In this document: positions 1 to 8,853 of the stretch, piece by piece
Position numbering within the stretch: position 1 is the stretch's first letter
Layout of the letters: each line of letters starts with the position of its first letter
Source of the DNA: Lentisphaerota bacterium
GTDB lineage: Bacteria > Verrucomicrobiota > Lentisphaeria > Victivallales > Victivallaceae
NCBI GenBank assembly: GCA_012519765.1
Contig: JAAYPP010000043.1
Span: 1-33,276, forward strand
Length of the DNA: 33,276 bases
Direction of reading: 5' to 3'
Position numbers and translations under genes: made by a program
Notes under the pieces: generated by a model
What the model saw: the letters and a program-made list of their open reading frames with translations, nothing else
Databases searched by the model: none
Told to the model about the DNA's origin: nothing

Positions 1-947
1 AGGCAAGTGTTGATATGTTTGCCGAACCATTTAATTTTCATGCCGCGTTCGATAATGTCTTTCAGCGGTTCATTGAAGATGTTACCGAGAGATACATGTA
101 TATATGGACACGGCATGACGTCGCCGTATTGTGTGACAGAAATCATCCGTTTTACTGCGATGCATCCGAGATCCATTCCGTAAGACGGGGTAAGGTGGGT
201 AAAGACATTATATTTTTTTTCAAGCTCGCGCATATAATCCATATCCGCCTTGTCAACCAGCGCATCGAAGTTGCCTTCCCATGCTCCGACCGGTTTGGCG
301 TAAGTTACAAAAGTACCGATCCCCTTGGATTTCGCGAATTCAAGATATTCAATAAATTCGCTGGAGCGGATACGCTGATGGGTAACCACTGTAGAAAGAA
401 TGATATTCAATCCGGCGTTCAACGCTGCATCAATGGCTTTGAGTGCGCGTTGGTGGGAACCGGGAGCATGGCGAAAAGAGTCATGTTCTTGCGGATCCAG
501 ACTGTCTAGACTGAGCTGTATTTTATCAACCCCGATATTTTTCAAATGTTTTGCTTTCTCATCGTCAAGCAGCCAGCCGTTGGTATCGGAAGTTATGTAA
601 AACTTTTGTGGATCAATTGCTTCGACCAATGCGTCAAAGTCCTTGAACACCAATGGTTCTCCGCCGGTAATGACAATATTGGCAAGTCCCATCTCGTCGG
701 CCTGCCGGGAGAGTTCTCGGACATCATTCAACGTGAAAGAGCGCTTGTCGTTTTTACCTTGAAATTGTTTGACCGAACAGTGTTCGCAGCGAAAATTGCA
801 TTTGTAATTATATTGGAACTGAATAATGGCGATACTTTCGCCTCGTTCAACCTTTTCCGCATATTTAAGTATTTTTTCATAGACATAAGGTTTTTCTGTT
901 TTCAACAGGTTACGTTTGCATATTTCAGCGCTGCTTAACTCTTTCAT
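1..947 (-). CDS. radical SAM enzyme (SPASM/twitch-like C-terminal region), 3' end cut by window edge
   Basis: Absent from the ORF track because it runs off the left edge. Reverse-strand translation from ATG 947-945 (GGAG about 8 nt upstream) gives MKELSSAEICKRNLL...IIQFQYNYKCNFRCEHCSV (CX3CX2C radical SAM cluster motif), then ITGGEPLV, then a Cys-containing distal part (GCIAVKR...GDVMPCPY). The frame stays open to position 1. Confidence 0.8.
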   Translation of the reverse strand, partial: MKELSSAEICKRNLLKTEKPYVYEKILKYAEKVERGESIAIIQFQYNYKCNFRCEHCSVKQFQGKNDKRSFTLNDVRELSRQADEMGLANIVITGGEPLVFKDFDALVEAIDPQKFYITSDTNGWLLDDEKAKHLKNIGVDKIQLSLDSLDPQEHDSFRHAPGSHQRALKAIDAALNAGLNIILSTVVTHQRIRSSEFIEYLEFAKSKGIGTFVTYAKPVGAWEGNFDALVDKADMDYMRELEKKYNVFTHLTPSYGMDLGCIAVKRMISVTQYGDVMPCPYIHVSLGNIFNEPLKDIIERGMKIKWFGKHINTC

Positions 948-1007
948 TTTGCTCTCCTGAGGTTTATTAGGTCAAACATTAAAACTATACACTGCCGGCG
1001 CAAAGAT

Positions 1008-1505
1008 TCATATAAAACTGCGGTAAATTTCATGTATGGGCAGCAGGTTTTCAGGACATTGTTTGTGCCACAGCCATTGTCCGGGAAGAATTCTGCCTTC
1101 CCGGTAGCGGATATTTTCATTGATATTGTCAATAATTCTACATTTAAAAAGCATGGAGATAAAGTGGCTTCGGTTACGTTGTTTGGGGAGAATGAATTCT
1201 TTGATGACAAGTGGAGTCGGTTTGAATTTAACTGCGGTTCCAAGCTCCAGGCGGGCAACCTCGTGTATTCTTGTGGCAATAGTTTCCTGCCATCGGATAA
1301 TGCCGCCGGGGACGTGCCAGCCAGACTGTCCATCATGCTCTTCGCGCCAGGTCAGGAGCGTCCCCAATCCTGGTTTTTTAATCAGGAGATCGACATTAAT
1401 CATTGGAACGATACGGCTGGCAAGGAGAAATATTTCATCGGATAGACCTTGGCGAGGGTCATCAATTGTTGTTTCCAGTTCTAAAATATGCTTCGAAACG
1501 GTCAT
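1008..1505 (-). CDS. Nudix hydrolase, GDP-mannose mannosyl hydrolase (NudD/WbdQ)-like
   Basis: 165 aa. The degenerate Nudix box PGGIIRWQETIATRIHEVARLELG resembles the modified box of GDP-mannose mannosyl hydrolases. ATGA start/stop overlap with the upstream methyltransferase at 1502-1505. Confidence 0.65.
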   Translation of the reverse strand: MTVSKHILELETTIDDPRQGLSDEIFLLASRIVPMINVDLLIKKPGLGTLLTWREEHDGQSGWHVPGGIIRWQETIATRIHEVARLELGTAVKFKPTPLVIKEFILPKQRNRSHFISMLFKCRIIDNINENIRYREGRILPGQWLWHKQCPENLLPIHEIYRSFI

Positions 1506-2638
1506 TGCTTTGTCTCCAGTCCGTAATCTCGGACGATAGCGATGCTGATACTATCGCCGAATTTATTATTTAAGGTTTGGTAAACTTCGTCAGAATATGC
1601 CGCCGCCATTACGATAACTGCTTCTACGGGTTCGGATTCCAGCTTTTTCGGCGCAACTATGGGCAAATGGGAAGCAGGAGTGAATTTTCCCTGTTTAAAT
1701 GGCGCTGAATCAATTACATAGGCAATTTTATCAGCCAGTGCAGTCATTGATATTACCGCCAAGGCTTGATGTCCTGCGCCCCAGATTGCCACTTTTTGTG
1801 GAGCAAATTTCGCGATAAATGTTGTTAACTCATGTTTGAGTTTTTCTCGGGTTGCGTGAAAATCAGACAAATTAAGTTGCCGCTTTTTGCGGACAACTGC
1901 CGAAATGATATATTCATGCCAGACATTGTTCTGCTCAATGACTTCAAAGCCGTTGTTGTTGAGCGTTGTTTTCAACGTTTCACCAGTAAAATATAAAAGG
2001 TGGTCGGAAATAAATTCGGAAAACAGTTTATTGCGGATAATCATATCAAAATTAGGAACTTCAACAATGCCGACTCCGTCTGTGGTGAGATTGGCGCAAA
2101 TACCCCGAAGCGCGGAATTGGGATTGGGCATGTGTTCCAGGAAATTCAGAATGAAAAATGCATCGAACGGGGCATTTTTAAGCTTGGTTCTACTTTGTAT
2201 ATACTGTTTTGAAACGTCCAGTTGTTCACTGCGGCAGTATTTTACGGATTCCGCTCCGTATTCAATGCCGGAAACCTTGACGCCGCATTGAGCCATAAGA
2301 GATAAATATTCGCCGCGACCGCAACCGATCTCAATGATTTTTCTGTTTTTCAGTCTGTATTTTCTGACAAAGTCCTGGAATTGTCTGATGCGGAACTCTT
2401 TCATTTCCGGCGAATATGCGGCAGCTCTGATTACTTCTCTGTAATAGGGTACCGGATCGCAGTTCAGCTGTACCAACCCGCAACCTGCGCATTGGCATAC
2501 TTCCAGATCTACTCCGTCTTCTTGAGCCAGAGAATCTGAGTCTGGAAAGAACTGCGCGGATTTCGGCATATTTTTGTAACTGATCAATGGTTCCGGCCAG
2601 AAGTGGTGACCGCAAACCCGGCATTTTTTAATCGGCAT
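1502..2638 (-). CDS. SAM-dependent NDP-hexose C-methyltransferase-like protein (TylCIII-type architecture)
   Basis: 378 aa. N-terminal 4-Cys zinc ribbon (CRVCGHH...CQCAGCG), class I SAM-binding motif IIEIGCGRGEY, and a C-terminal Rossmann-like extension (VAIWGAGHQA) typical of sugar C-methyltransferases. Confidence 0.7.
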   Translation of the reverse strand: MPIKKCRVCGHHFWPEPLISYKNMPKSAQFFPDSDSLAQEDGVDLEVCQCAGCGLVQLNCDPVPYYREVIRAAAYSPEMKEFRIRQFQDFVRKYRLKNRKIIEIGCGRGEYLSLMAQCGVKVSGIEYGAESVKYCRSEQLDVSKQYIQSRTKLKNAPFDAFFILNFLEHMPNPNSALRGICANLTTDGVGIVEVPNFDMIIRNKLFSEFISDHLLYFTGETLKTTLNNNGFEVIEQNNVWHEYIISAVVRKKRQLNLSDFHATREKLKHELTTFIAKFAPQKVAIWGAGHQALAVISMTALADKIAYVIDSAPFKQGKFTPASHLPIVAPKKLESEPVEAVIVMAAAYSDEVYQTLNNKFGDSISIAIVRDYGLETKQ

Positions 2639-2661
2639 AAGAACAATTCCTTGGGTACGGA

Positions 2662-4455
2662 TTAAGTTGTCGATTTCACTGATTCCATGATCCGGTTGAA
2701 TTCATTCCGGTCCAGAAATGGCCATAAATCCTCCATTGGTTTGGAAACAATTCTTCCGTCTGGCAGCACTTCTGATGAGAGGCGTGGTGCGGTTGGAATT
2801 TCCGGATCAACCTTAACATTGCAGATTACCGGACCAGGCATGTTGAGGACTTCCAGCACTTTCGATTTCAGGTTACATGGAGTTTCGATTTCATAATGGG
2901 CGATTGCATAGGCGGCGGCAAGCCTGGATATGTCCGGAAGTTTCAGTCCGCTGTCGGCATTGCATGCCACCAGGTTTCCGTTGAATCGGGCTTTCTGCAT
3001 ATTGCAAATAGATCCGTATCCGCTGTTGTCAAGTACAAAAATTTTGATTGGAAGTTCAAGTGTCTTCAGGGTCTGAAGTTCCTGAATGTTATGTTGCATA
3101 CCACCGTCACCGATAATGCTGACCACTTTTTTGTCCGAGGCTACTGCCGCGCCGATGCTGGCGGGTAGCCCGAAACCCATTGAACCCAGTCCTGGAGTAT
3201 TCAGGATGCGCTGACCTTTTTTTATTTTTATGGCTTGCATCGTTATTTCGGCACATGCGCCGGAACTGCCGGGAACCACAACGAAACTGTCGTCAAGCAA
3301 CTCCGAAAGCACATCAACAAGATGATAAGTGTTGACTCTGGAAGCGGTTTCGTCAAGATATTCCGGCGCGACAACCGGATAGCGTGTTTGCCATTCTTTG
3401 CATAAACGCAACCAAGCAGAATAATCAAAATTCATCCCGTCGGTTTCCTTGAGCAGTTCTTCAATCAGCAATCCGGCGTCTGCGTTTAGCGAGTATTCGA
3501 ATTCCATGTTGAGTTTTTTGATTTCGGCCTCATCAATGTCAACTATTATTTTTTTTGCTCTAGGCGCAAAATTGGGATGGTTGAAACCGGTCTGACAAAG
3601 ATCCAGCCGGGCACCGATAATCAACAGCATATCGGAGAACTGTTGAACAAAATTTGCGCCGCGCTGTCCGACAATTCCCGGTCTACCTGTAAATAACCGG
3701 TGGGTTTCCGGCAGAAAATCCGCCGCTTTCCAGGTTGTCAGTACCGGGATGTTGAGTCGGTTAATCAGTTTGAGGAAGTTTTCCAGCGCGCCGGAAAGCC
3801 GGATACCATTACCGACCAGGATTGCCGGATGCCTGGAGGATGCCAACGCTTTTACAATAGTTTTCGCTACGGAGTTCAGGTCTGAACATTTTTCCTCCGG
3901 CGGAACAAATTCCAGGAGGTTGTTTTCGTCTACCATTGCGCCTTGGGTGTCGAGCGGTATATCGAGCCAGACCGGTCCTTTTCTACCATGCCGTGCCAGA
4001 TAAATTGCTTTCTGAAGTTCAAATTTAATCATTGCCGGATTTTTCACGCAGCATGCATATTTAGTTACCGGTGAAACGATGGAAACAATGTCTACTTCTT
4101 GGATACCCATCTGTCGGACTCCGCGTTCTTCCAGCAGGTCTTCTGTTTTCGCCTGTCCTGACAGCACGAGCATCGGAGTGGAATCAATCCATGCTCCGGC
4201 GACTCCGGTAATAGCGTTGGTGGAACCGGGGCCGGCAGTAACCAGCGTGACTCCGAGATTGTTGGTATATTGGCCATAAGCTTCAGCTCCGATTGCGGAA
4301 GCTTGCTCATGCAGATTGCAGACAAATTTCAGTTTGCGGTTTTTTCCAAGTGAATCGACCAAGTGCATACAGCCGCCACCGGGCAGCATGAAAACATGTT
4401 TGACGCCGACAACATCGGCGAGATAATCAAAAACCAAATCAGAAACTTTTTTCAT
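2662..4455 (-). CDS. thiamine-pyrophosphate enzyme of the acetolactate synthase large-subunit family (YerE-like candidate)
   Basis: 597 aa. N-terminal TPP pyrimidine-binding region (VKHVFMLPGGGCMHL, TAGPGSTNA). C-terminal TPP-binding motif GDGGMQHNIQELQT...FVLDNSGYG. No ilvN/ilvC neighbours; the gene sits among sugar-tailoring genes. Confidence 0.8.
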   Translation of the reverse strand: MKKVSDLVFDYLADVVGVKHVFMLPGGGCMHLVDSLGKNRKLKFVCNLHEQASAIGAEAYGQYTNNLGVTLVTAGPGSTNAITGVAGAWIDSTPMLVLSGQAKTEDLLEERGVRQMGIQEVDIVSIVSPVTKYACCVKNPAMIKFELQKAIYLARHGRKGPVWLDIPLDTQGAMVDENNLLEFVPPEEKCSDLNSVAKTIVKALASSRHPAILVGNGIRLSGALENFLKLINRLNIPVLTTWKAADFLPETHRLFTGRPGIVGQRGANFVQQFSDMLLIIGARLDLCQTGFNHPNFAPRAKKIIVDIDEAEIKKLNMEFEYSLNADAGLLIEELLKETDGMNFDYSAWLRLCKEWQTRYPVVAPEYLDETASRVNTYHLVDVLSELLDDSFVVVPGSSGACAEITMQAIKIKKGQRILNTPGLGSMGFGLPASIGAAVASDKKVVSIIGDGGMQHNIQELQTLKTLELPIKIFVLDNSGYGSICNMQKARFNGNLVACNADSGLKLPDISRLAAAYAIAHYEIETPCNLKSKVLEVLNMPGPVICNVKVDPEIPTAPRLSSEVLPDGRIVSKPMEDLWPFLDRNEFNRIMESVKSTT

Positions 4456-4474
4456 CAGTATTATTCCTCATATA

Positions 4475-5113
4475 TCAGGGTTGAGCCCGGTGTTCTGCGG
4501 GATTTTTTGCGAAGTTGTTCAATGTTATTTTTTCGAGATATTCAAATAGGTTCAAATCGCGGTTTCGGTTCCATGGGCGGGGAAATGCCAGGCTGTTTAT
4601 TCCGGCAGATTCCGCCAGGATCAGATTGGTTTCGCTGTCATCGATAAACAGGCTGACTTCGGCGATTTCAGACAACAGTTCCAGTTTGTTTTCATGATAA
4701 CGCACAATCTGGTCATCTTTGCGTGGAGACGGGACAAAATGAAATGTTCTGATCCAGTTGCCGTAATGTTTGATTACCCATTGTGCTGATGCCGGCGCAC
4801 AGCGGAAAGGCGTGGCCGTGAGTGCGGCGTGTCTGAATTTGTTGCCGTGTCGTATAAACCACTGCATCGTCTCTTCCACAGGCTTAAGCGAGGTTATGCG
4901 GCGCATTCTAAAATCGTCCAGCGATTCAAGATATGATTCACGCGAAATTCCCAACAGTCGGTCCGGCGGATTCTCCGATAGTTTTTCATATGTAATTCCG
5001 GTGCGGTTGAGTGTTTCGAACTCATCAAACCATTCATAAGTCAGATTGTTCAATACATCATCGACGTCCCAGACGATGAGCGGTTTCAACTGCGTATCTT
5101 CACGTCTGATCAT
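4475..5113 (-). CDS. HAD-superfamily phosphatase (NT5C-like)
   Basis: 212 aa. N-terminal DxDxV nucleophile motif (IVWDVDDVL). Its start lies 1 nt from the stop of the NeuB-like gene, implying co-translation. Confidence 0.6.
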   Translation of the reverse strand: MIRREDTQLKPLIVWDVDDVLNNLTYEWFDEFETLNRTGITYEKLSENPPDRLLGISRESYLESLDDFRMRRITSLKPVEETMQWFIRHGNKFRHAALTATPFRCAPASAQWVIKHYGNWIRTFHFVPSPRKDDQIVRYHENKLELLSEIAEVSLFIDDSETNLILAESAGINSLAFPRPWNRNRDLNLFEYLEKITLNNFAKNPAEHRAQP

Positions 5114-5114
5114 T

Positions 5115-6641
5115 TTATTGAATCGTTTTGCTTAGCCAGTCGGCATGGAAAGTCATATAGGTTTTCCTCTCTGAGGCCTCGGCAATATTGTCATCTTCAT
5201 AATAAGAATCGTCTTTGATATGTGTGGTCGATATTTCTTCGAGCACCGCACCGGTTTCACTGGCGAAGCGGTGTTTTTTATTGCGTTCGACGACAATAAT
5301 ATCCCCGGCATTGTAGGTGTTTTCGTCATCGTCAAGGCTGAGTGTCAGTTCGCCGTAAAGAACATGGAATGTTTCTTCTTTGACTTTGTGCGAGTGGTCA
5401 GGATTGGTCTGACCGGGTAGCAGTAGAATAATTTTTTTACAGTATTCGCGGTTTACGCAGGTGATGATGGTACATCCGTGGCGGTAAAAGTTATCAATTC
5501 CATAATGGTGGGATAATTCCAGTTCCAGTTTATCCTGCAGTTTGAGGTTGCTTTTTTTTATCAATGCACAGACTGCTTTAATTATTTCAAGAACTTTGTC
5601 TCTGATATTTGCGGTTACGGTTTGCGCCGCCAATACCGGTGAATTTGCCGGCAAAGCATTTTTCAAAGAGTATATCATATATTTGGACATGTCGTTGGCC
5701 TGCAGCTGTCCGTCAACACAGGGGATAGCATAAAAAACATCATCATCGGAAAGTTTTGTACCGGCCGGGAGCGCTTGTCTGCAAAAGACGCCACGACGCA
5801 ATCCGCTGATATCGGTATGTTCTTTTTCTGAAATGTCACGACGTTTTCCTGATACTCCGCACATGGAATATGCTTTTTCGGCGGCTTTGAGCCATTCCGC
5901 AATCTGCGCCGGAGATGAGGAGTAGTCATTGAGTTTATATTTTTCGTTAGCCACTCCGACATGGCGTTCAAAGGCGACTGCTCCTTTGGCGATGGCAATT
6001 TTGATCGGGTCGAGATCACCCGGAGCTTCGTGAGTGGAAAAACCTATCGGCAGCGGTTTGTAACGGGCTTTGAATAAATCTATCTGGTTCATTTCAAGTT
6101 CATGTTCAGGTGTTGGGTATGAACCGACACAATGCATCAGGCACAGGGTTTTTCGGCGGTGCTCAAAAAATGTTACTACCCGGTCGATTTCTTCAATGGT
6201 TGCACCGGCGGTTGAGGCTATCAATGGCAGACCGGTTGCCGCGATACGTTCAAGCAGCGGCCAGTCGGTGAGCGAACAACTGGCGATTTTGATAATTTCA
6301 AAACCGTGTTTTTCCACCATATCCACCGATTTTTCGTCAAAAGGGGTGCAGATGCTCAAAAATCCCAGTTTATGGAGTTCATCTTTCATTTGTAGAAAAT
6401 CAACTTCGGCCAGTCGGGTTTCGGAAAATCGTTTAATGTATTTGATGTCCTGCCGGTTGCGGTAATCCTGATGGATGAAAGTGTCCAGATCGCGGTACTG
6501 GAATTTGACCGCGAACTTGAAGTTGAAACTTGCGGTTGCCGCCCGAAGTTCACGGATTATTTTCAGGCCGTGCTCGACGTCGCCCATGTGATTATTCGCC
6601 ATTTCAAATATAAAAAGCCGTGAAAAAATATCTTCTGTCAT
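5115..6641 (-). CDS. NeuB-family (sialic/nonulosonic acid synthase-like) PEP-condensing enzyme with SAF domain and C-terminal cupin domain
   Basis: NeuB TIM-barrel motifs (FIFEMANNHMGD, KIASCSLTDWPLL, LCLMHCVGSYP, GFSTHE, AFERHVG). SAF-like segment (RRGVFCRQALPAGTKLSDDDV). C-terminal cupin motifs (GQTNPDHSHKVKEETFHVLYG; GDIIVVERNKKH). Start reassigned to ATG 6641 (AGGAG 8 nt upstream) in place of the track's TTG at 6671. Confidence 0.75.
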   Translation of the reverse strand: MTEDIFSRLFIFEMANNHMGDVEHGLKIIRELRAATASFNFKFAVKFQYRDLDTFIHQDYRNRQDIKYIKRFSETRLAEVDFLQMKDELHKLGFLSICTPFDEKSVDMVEKHGFEIIKIASCSLTDWPLLERIAATGLPLIASTAGATIEEIDRVVTFFEHRRKTLCLMHCVGSYPTPEHELEMNQIDLFKARYKPLPIGFSTHEAPGDLDPIKIAIAKGAVAFERHVGVANEKYKLNDYSSSPAQIAEWLKAAEKAYSMCGVSGKRRDISEKEHTDISGLRRGVFCRQALPAGTKLSDDDVFYAIPCVDGQLQANDMSKYMIYSLKNALPANSPVLAAQTVTANIRDKVLEIIKAVCALIKKSNLKLQDKLELELSHHYGIDNFYRHGCTIITCVNREYCKKIILLLPGQTNPDHSHKVKEETFHVLYGELTLSLDDDENTYNAGDIIVVERNKKHRFASETGAVLEEISTTHIKDDSYYEDDNIAEASERKTYMTFHADWLSKTIQ

Positions 6642-6724
6642 CTTTATTTGCTCCTGGTTACCGTTTGACAAATTAATATCCGGACATAAAACTTATGATA
6701 ATTGCCGTGTTCCTGACTGTGCTG

Positions 6725-6757
6725 AAATTTGCGCGCGCATTATGCGCGCGCGAATTT
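6725..6757. repeat. GC-core palindromic repeat, copy 1 (AAATTTGCGCGCGCA-TTA-TGCGCGCGCGAATTT)
   Basis: 15-nt arms (one T:G position) around a 3-nt loop. Lies in the 125-bp gap between the rfbH stop (6767) and the neuB-like start (6641). Confidence 0.9.
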
Positions 6758-6766
6758 TAAGCCGAT

Positions 6767-8086
6767 TTATTTAATAAATTTTTTAATTGTTTTCACCATA
6801 TAATCCAACTTTGCTTCAGACATGCCGGGATAAACTCCGATCCACAAGCTGTCATTCATGATTTTGTCGGTATTGGTTAACGTCCCGGCAATCCGATAGT
6901 CGCATCCTTCGACTAATGATTCAAAGCACGGGTGTCGCGTCAGATTGCCGGCAAACAAATTTCTGGTTTGAATCCGGTTGGCTTCCAGATGCTGCGCCAA
7001 TTCATTGCGGGAAAAAGGCGTGTTGTCGCGACGAGTCAGCATGAAGCCGAACCAGGAAGGTTCACTGTTTTCAGTTGTTTCCGGCAGGATGAAAATATCG
7101 CGGCAGTCGCGAAGCGAACTGCGCAGAAATGCGAAGTTTTCACGGCGTTTCCGGATGAACTCCGGTAATTTTTCAAGTTGAGCGCAGCCGATTGCCGCCT
7201 GTAAATCGGTGGCTTTCAGGTTGTAACCGAAATGGCTGTAAACATATTTATGATCATAGCCTTCCGGAAGTGTGCCGAATTTGCCTGAAAAGCGGCATCC
7301 GCAGGTATTGTCAAATCCGGTTTCGCACCAGCAGTCGCGTCCCCAGTCACGCATGGACAGCAGGATTTTTTTCAAGGTCGGATTGTCGGTATAAACGGCA
7401 CCGCCTTCGCCCATGGTCATATGGTGGGGCGGATAAAAACTGGAAGTCCCGACATCGCCGAAGGTTCCGGTGTAACAGTTTTGGTATTGTGCTCCGAGCG
7501 CATCACAATTGTCTTCGATTAACCATAAGTTGTGGTGGCGGCAGAAATCTTTAACTTCTTTGAGTGCGAATGGATTGCCTAGCGTATGTGCGGCGAAAAC
7601 CGCTTTGGTTTTCACGCTTAAAGCGGCATTGAGCAAGTCTGGCCGGATATTGCCATTGAGGTCGACGTCGACAAATACGGGAACCGCGCCATATTGAATA
7701 ATCGGCGCAACAGTGGTCGGGAAACCGGCGGCAACGGTAATTACTTCGTCACCGCGTTTTATAGTGCGCTCCCCCAGCAACGGTGAAGTCAACGCCATAA
7801 ACGCCAGCAGGTTTGCTGATGAGCCGGAGTTTACCAGCAAAACATGTTTGATGCCCAGAAAGTCAGCCAGCCCTGATTCGAATTGTTTGGTCCACTTGCC
7901 GGCGGTCAGCCAAAACTCCAAGGCGGCATCGGTAAGATTGAGAAGTTCATTCTCGTCAAAAATTCTTCCCGCATAGTTGATGCGGGAATGGGTTGCGTCG
8001 AAAACTCCGTCATCACGGTGAGCCAGCCGATAATATTCGGCGATTTGCGACATGATTGAATTTTTCAGCTCATCGATCTTGTTCAT
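6767..8086 (-). CDS. rfbH: CDP-6-deoxy-D-xylo-4-hexulose 3-dehydrase (E1; RfbH/DdhC), DegT/DnrJ/EryC1 family
   Basis: 439 aa with long collinear blocks matching RfbH as I recall it: GDEVITVAAGFPTTV, HTLGN, NLWLIEDNCDALG, FYPPHHMTMGEGGAV, RDWGRDCWCETGFDNTCGCRF (Fe-S Cys cluster region), GYDHKYVYSHFGYNLKATDLQAA, SEPSWFGF, TNTDKIMNDSLWIGVYPG. Confidence 0.85.
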   Translation of the reverse strand: MNKIDELKNSIMSQIAEYYRLAHRDDGVFDATHSRINYAGRIFDENELLNLTDAALEFWLTAGKWTKQFESGLADFLGIKHVLLVNSGSSANLLAFMALTSPLLGERTIKRGDEVITVAAGFPTTVAPIIQYGAVPVFVDVDLNGNIRPDLLNAALSVKTKAVFAAHTLGNPFALKEVKDFCRHHNLWLIEDNCDALGAQYQNCYTGTFGDVGTSSFYPPHHMTMGEGGAVYTDNPTLKKILLSMRDWGRDCWCETGFDNTCGCRFSGKFGTLPEGYDHKYVYSHFGYNLKATDLQAAIGCAQLEKLPEFIRKRRENFAFLRSSLRDCRDIFILPETTENSEPSWFGFMLTRRDNTPFSRNELAQHLEANRIQTRNLFAGNLTRHPCFESLVEGCDYRIAGTLTNTDKIMNDSLWIGVYPGMSEAKLDYMVKTIKKFIK

Positions 8087-8160
8087 AAGTGTGCCGGAGT
8101 GGTAAAAAGTGATATTTTAAAACTAATTAATATTTTATACTCTCAATCGGGAAATGCCAA

Positions 8161-8853
8161 TCATTTGCGGCGGGATTGCATCAGGATTTGGAAATAACTT
8201 TCCAGCGCGACTTGTGCCGGTAATGGCTGATGTGCGACAATTGCGTCGCATAATTCGCTGTGGATTTTTAACATTTGTTTATGGTAGCGGTAAGTGCTGA
8301 AAATGTTGTTGCCTTCAGCTTTTTTGATGGTGTTCGTCATCAGCACGATTTTGTTGTAATGCGACAGCAGCAGACGGTTTCCTGAGAATTCGACAATCTG
8401 GCGGTGAAAGCCGTCTTCAATAGCCATGGCTACCGCTTCGCAGTTGGCAATCTGCATTTCCCCAATAAAACATTGCAGGATTTTGCCTTGTTTAATGTTT
8501 ATTTTTTCCGCTGCCAGCCGGACTGACTCGAATTCCAGCGCGCGGCGGGTTTCAAGGATTTCCATGATTTCATTATCCGCCGGTTGTTCGGACAGTCCAT
8601 ACGGCGTTGTCATGATATCTGCCGGACGACACATGACGATATTCCCGGAACCGCGGCGGCTCTCCAGCAGTCCGATAATTTCAAGAGTTCTGATGGCTTC
8701 GCGAATCGAGCTGCGCCCGACTTTGAGCAATTGCGACAATTTGCGTTCCGGCGGCAGTCGCTGACCGGGTTTGAAGTTGCCTTCGGTAATCATTTTATTA
8801 AGCAATTGTGCTACGTTAAGGCGGATACTGGATTTATTTTGAGAATCCATCAT
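8161..8853 (-). CDS. GntR-family transcriptional regulator with FadR/FCD-type C-terminal domain
   Basis: 230 aa. Winged-HTH signature LPPERKLSQLLKVGRSSIREAIRTLEIIGLLESRRGSGNIV followed by a helical ligand-binding region. Its ATG overlaps the stop of the upstream GT-C gene (ATGA at 8850-8853). Confidence 0.8.
   Translation of the reverse strand: MMDSQNKSSIRLNVAQLLNKMITEGNFKPGQRLPPERKLSQLLKVGRSSIREAIRTLEIIGLLESRRGSGNIVMCRPADIMTTPYGLSEQPADNEIMEILETRRALEFESVRLAAEKINIKQGKILQCFIGEMQIANCEAVAMAIEDGFHRQIVEFSGNRLLLSHYNKIVLMTNTIKKAEGNNIFSTYRYHKQMLKIHSELCDAIVAHQPLPAQVALESYFQILMQSRRK

Noticed and set aside
15-938. Plus-strand track ORFs 15-509, 400-600 and 546-938.
   Set aside because: They lie antisense to or overlapping a much better minus-strand reading frame, the radical SAM protein, which has a CX3CX2C motif and a good RBS at 947. 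Their own translations have no recognisable motifs.
6642-6671. TTG start at 6671 for the NeuB-like gene (MSNGNQEQIK extension).
   Set aside because: The internal ATG at 6641 has an AGGAG Shine-Dalgarno 8 nt upstream, and that AGGAG lies inside the proposed extension. The shorter CDS is more plausible.
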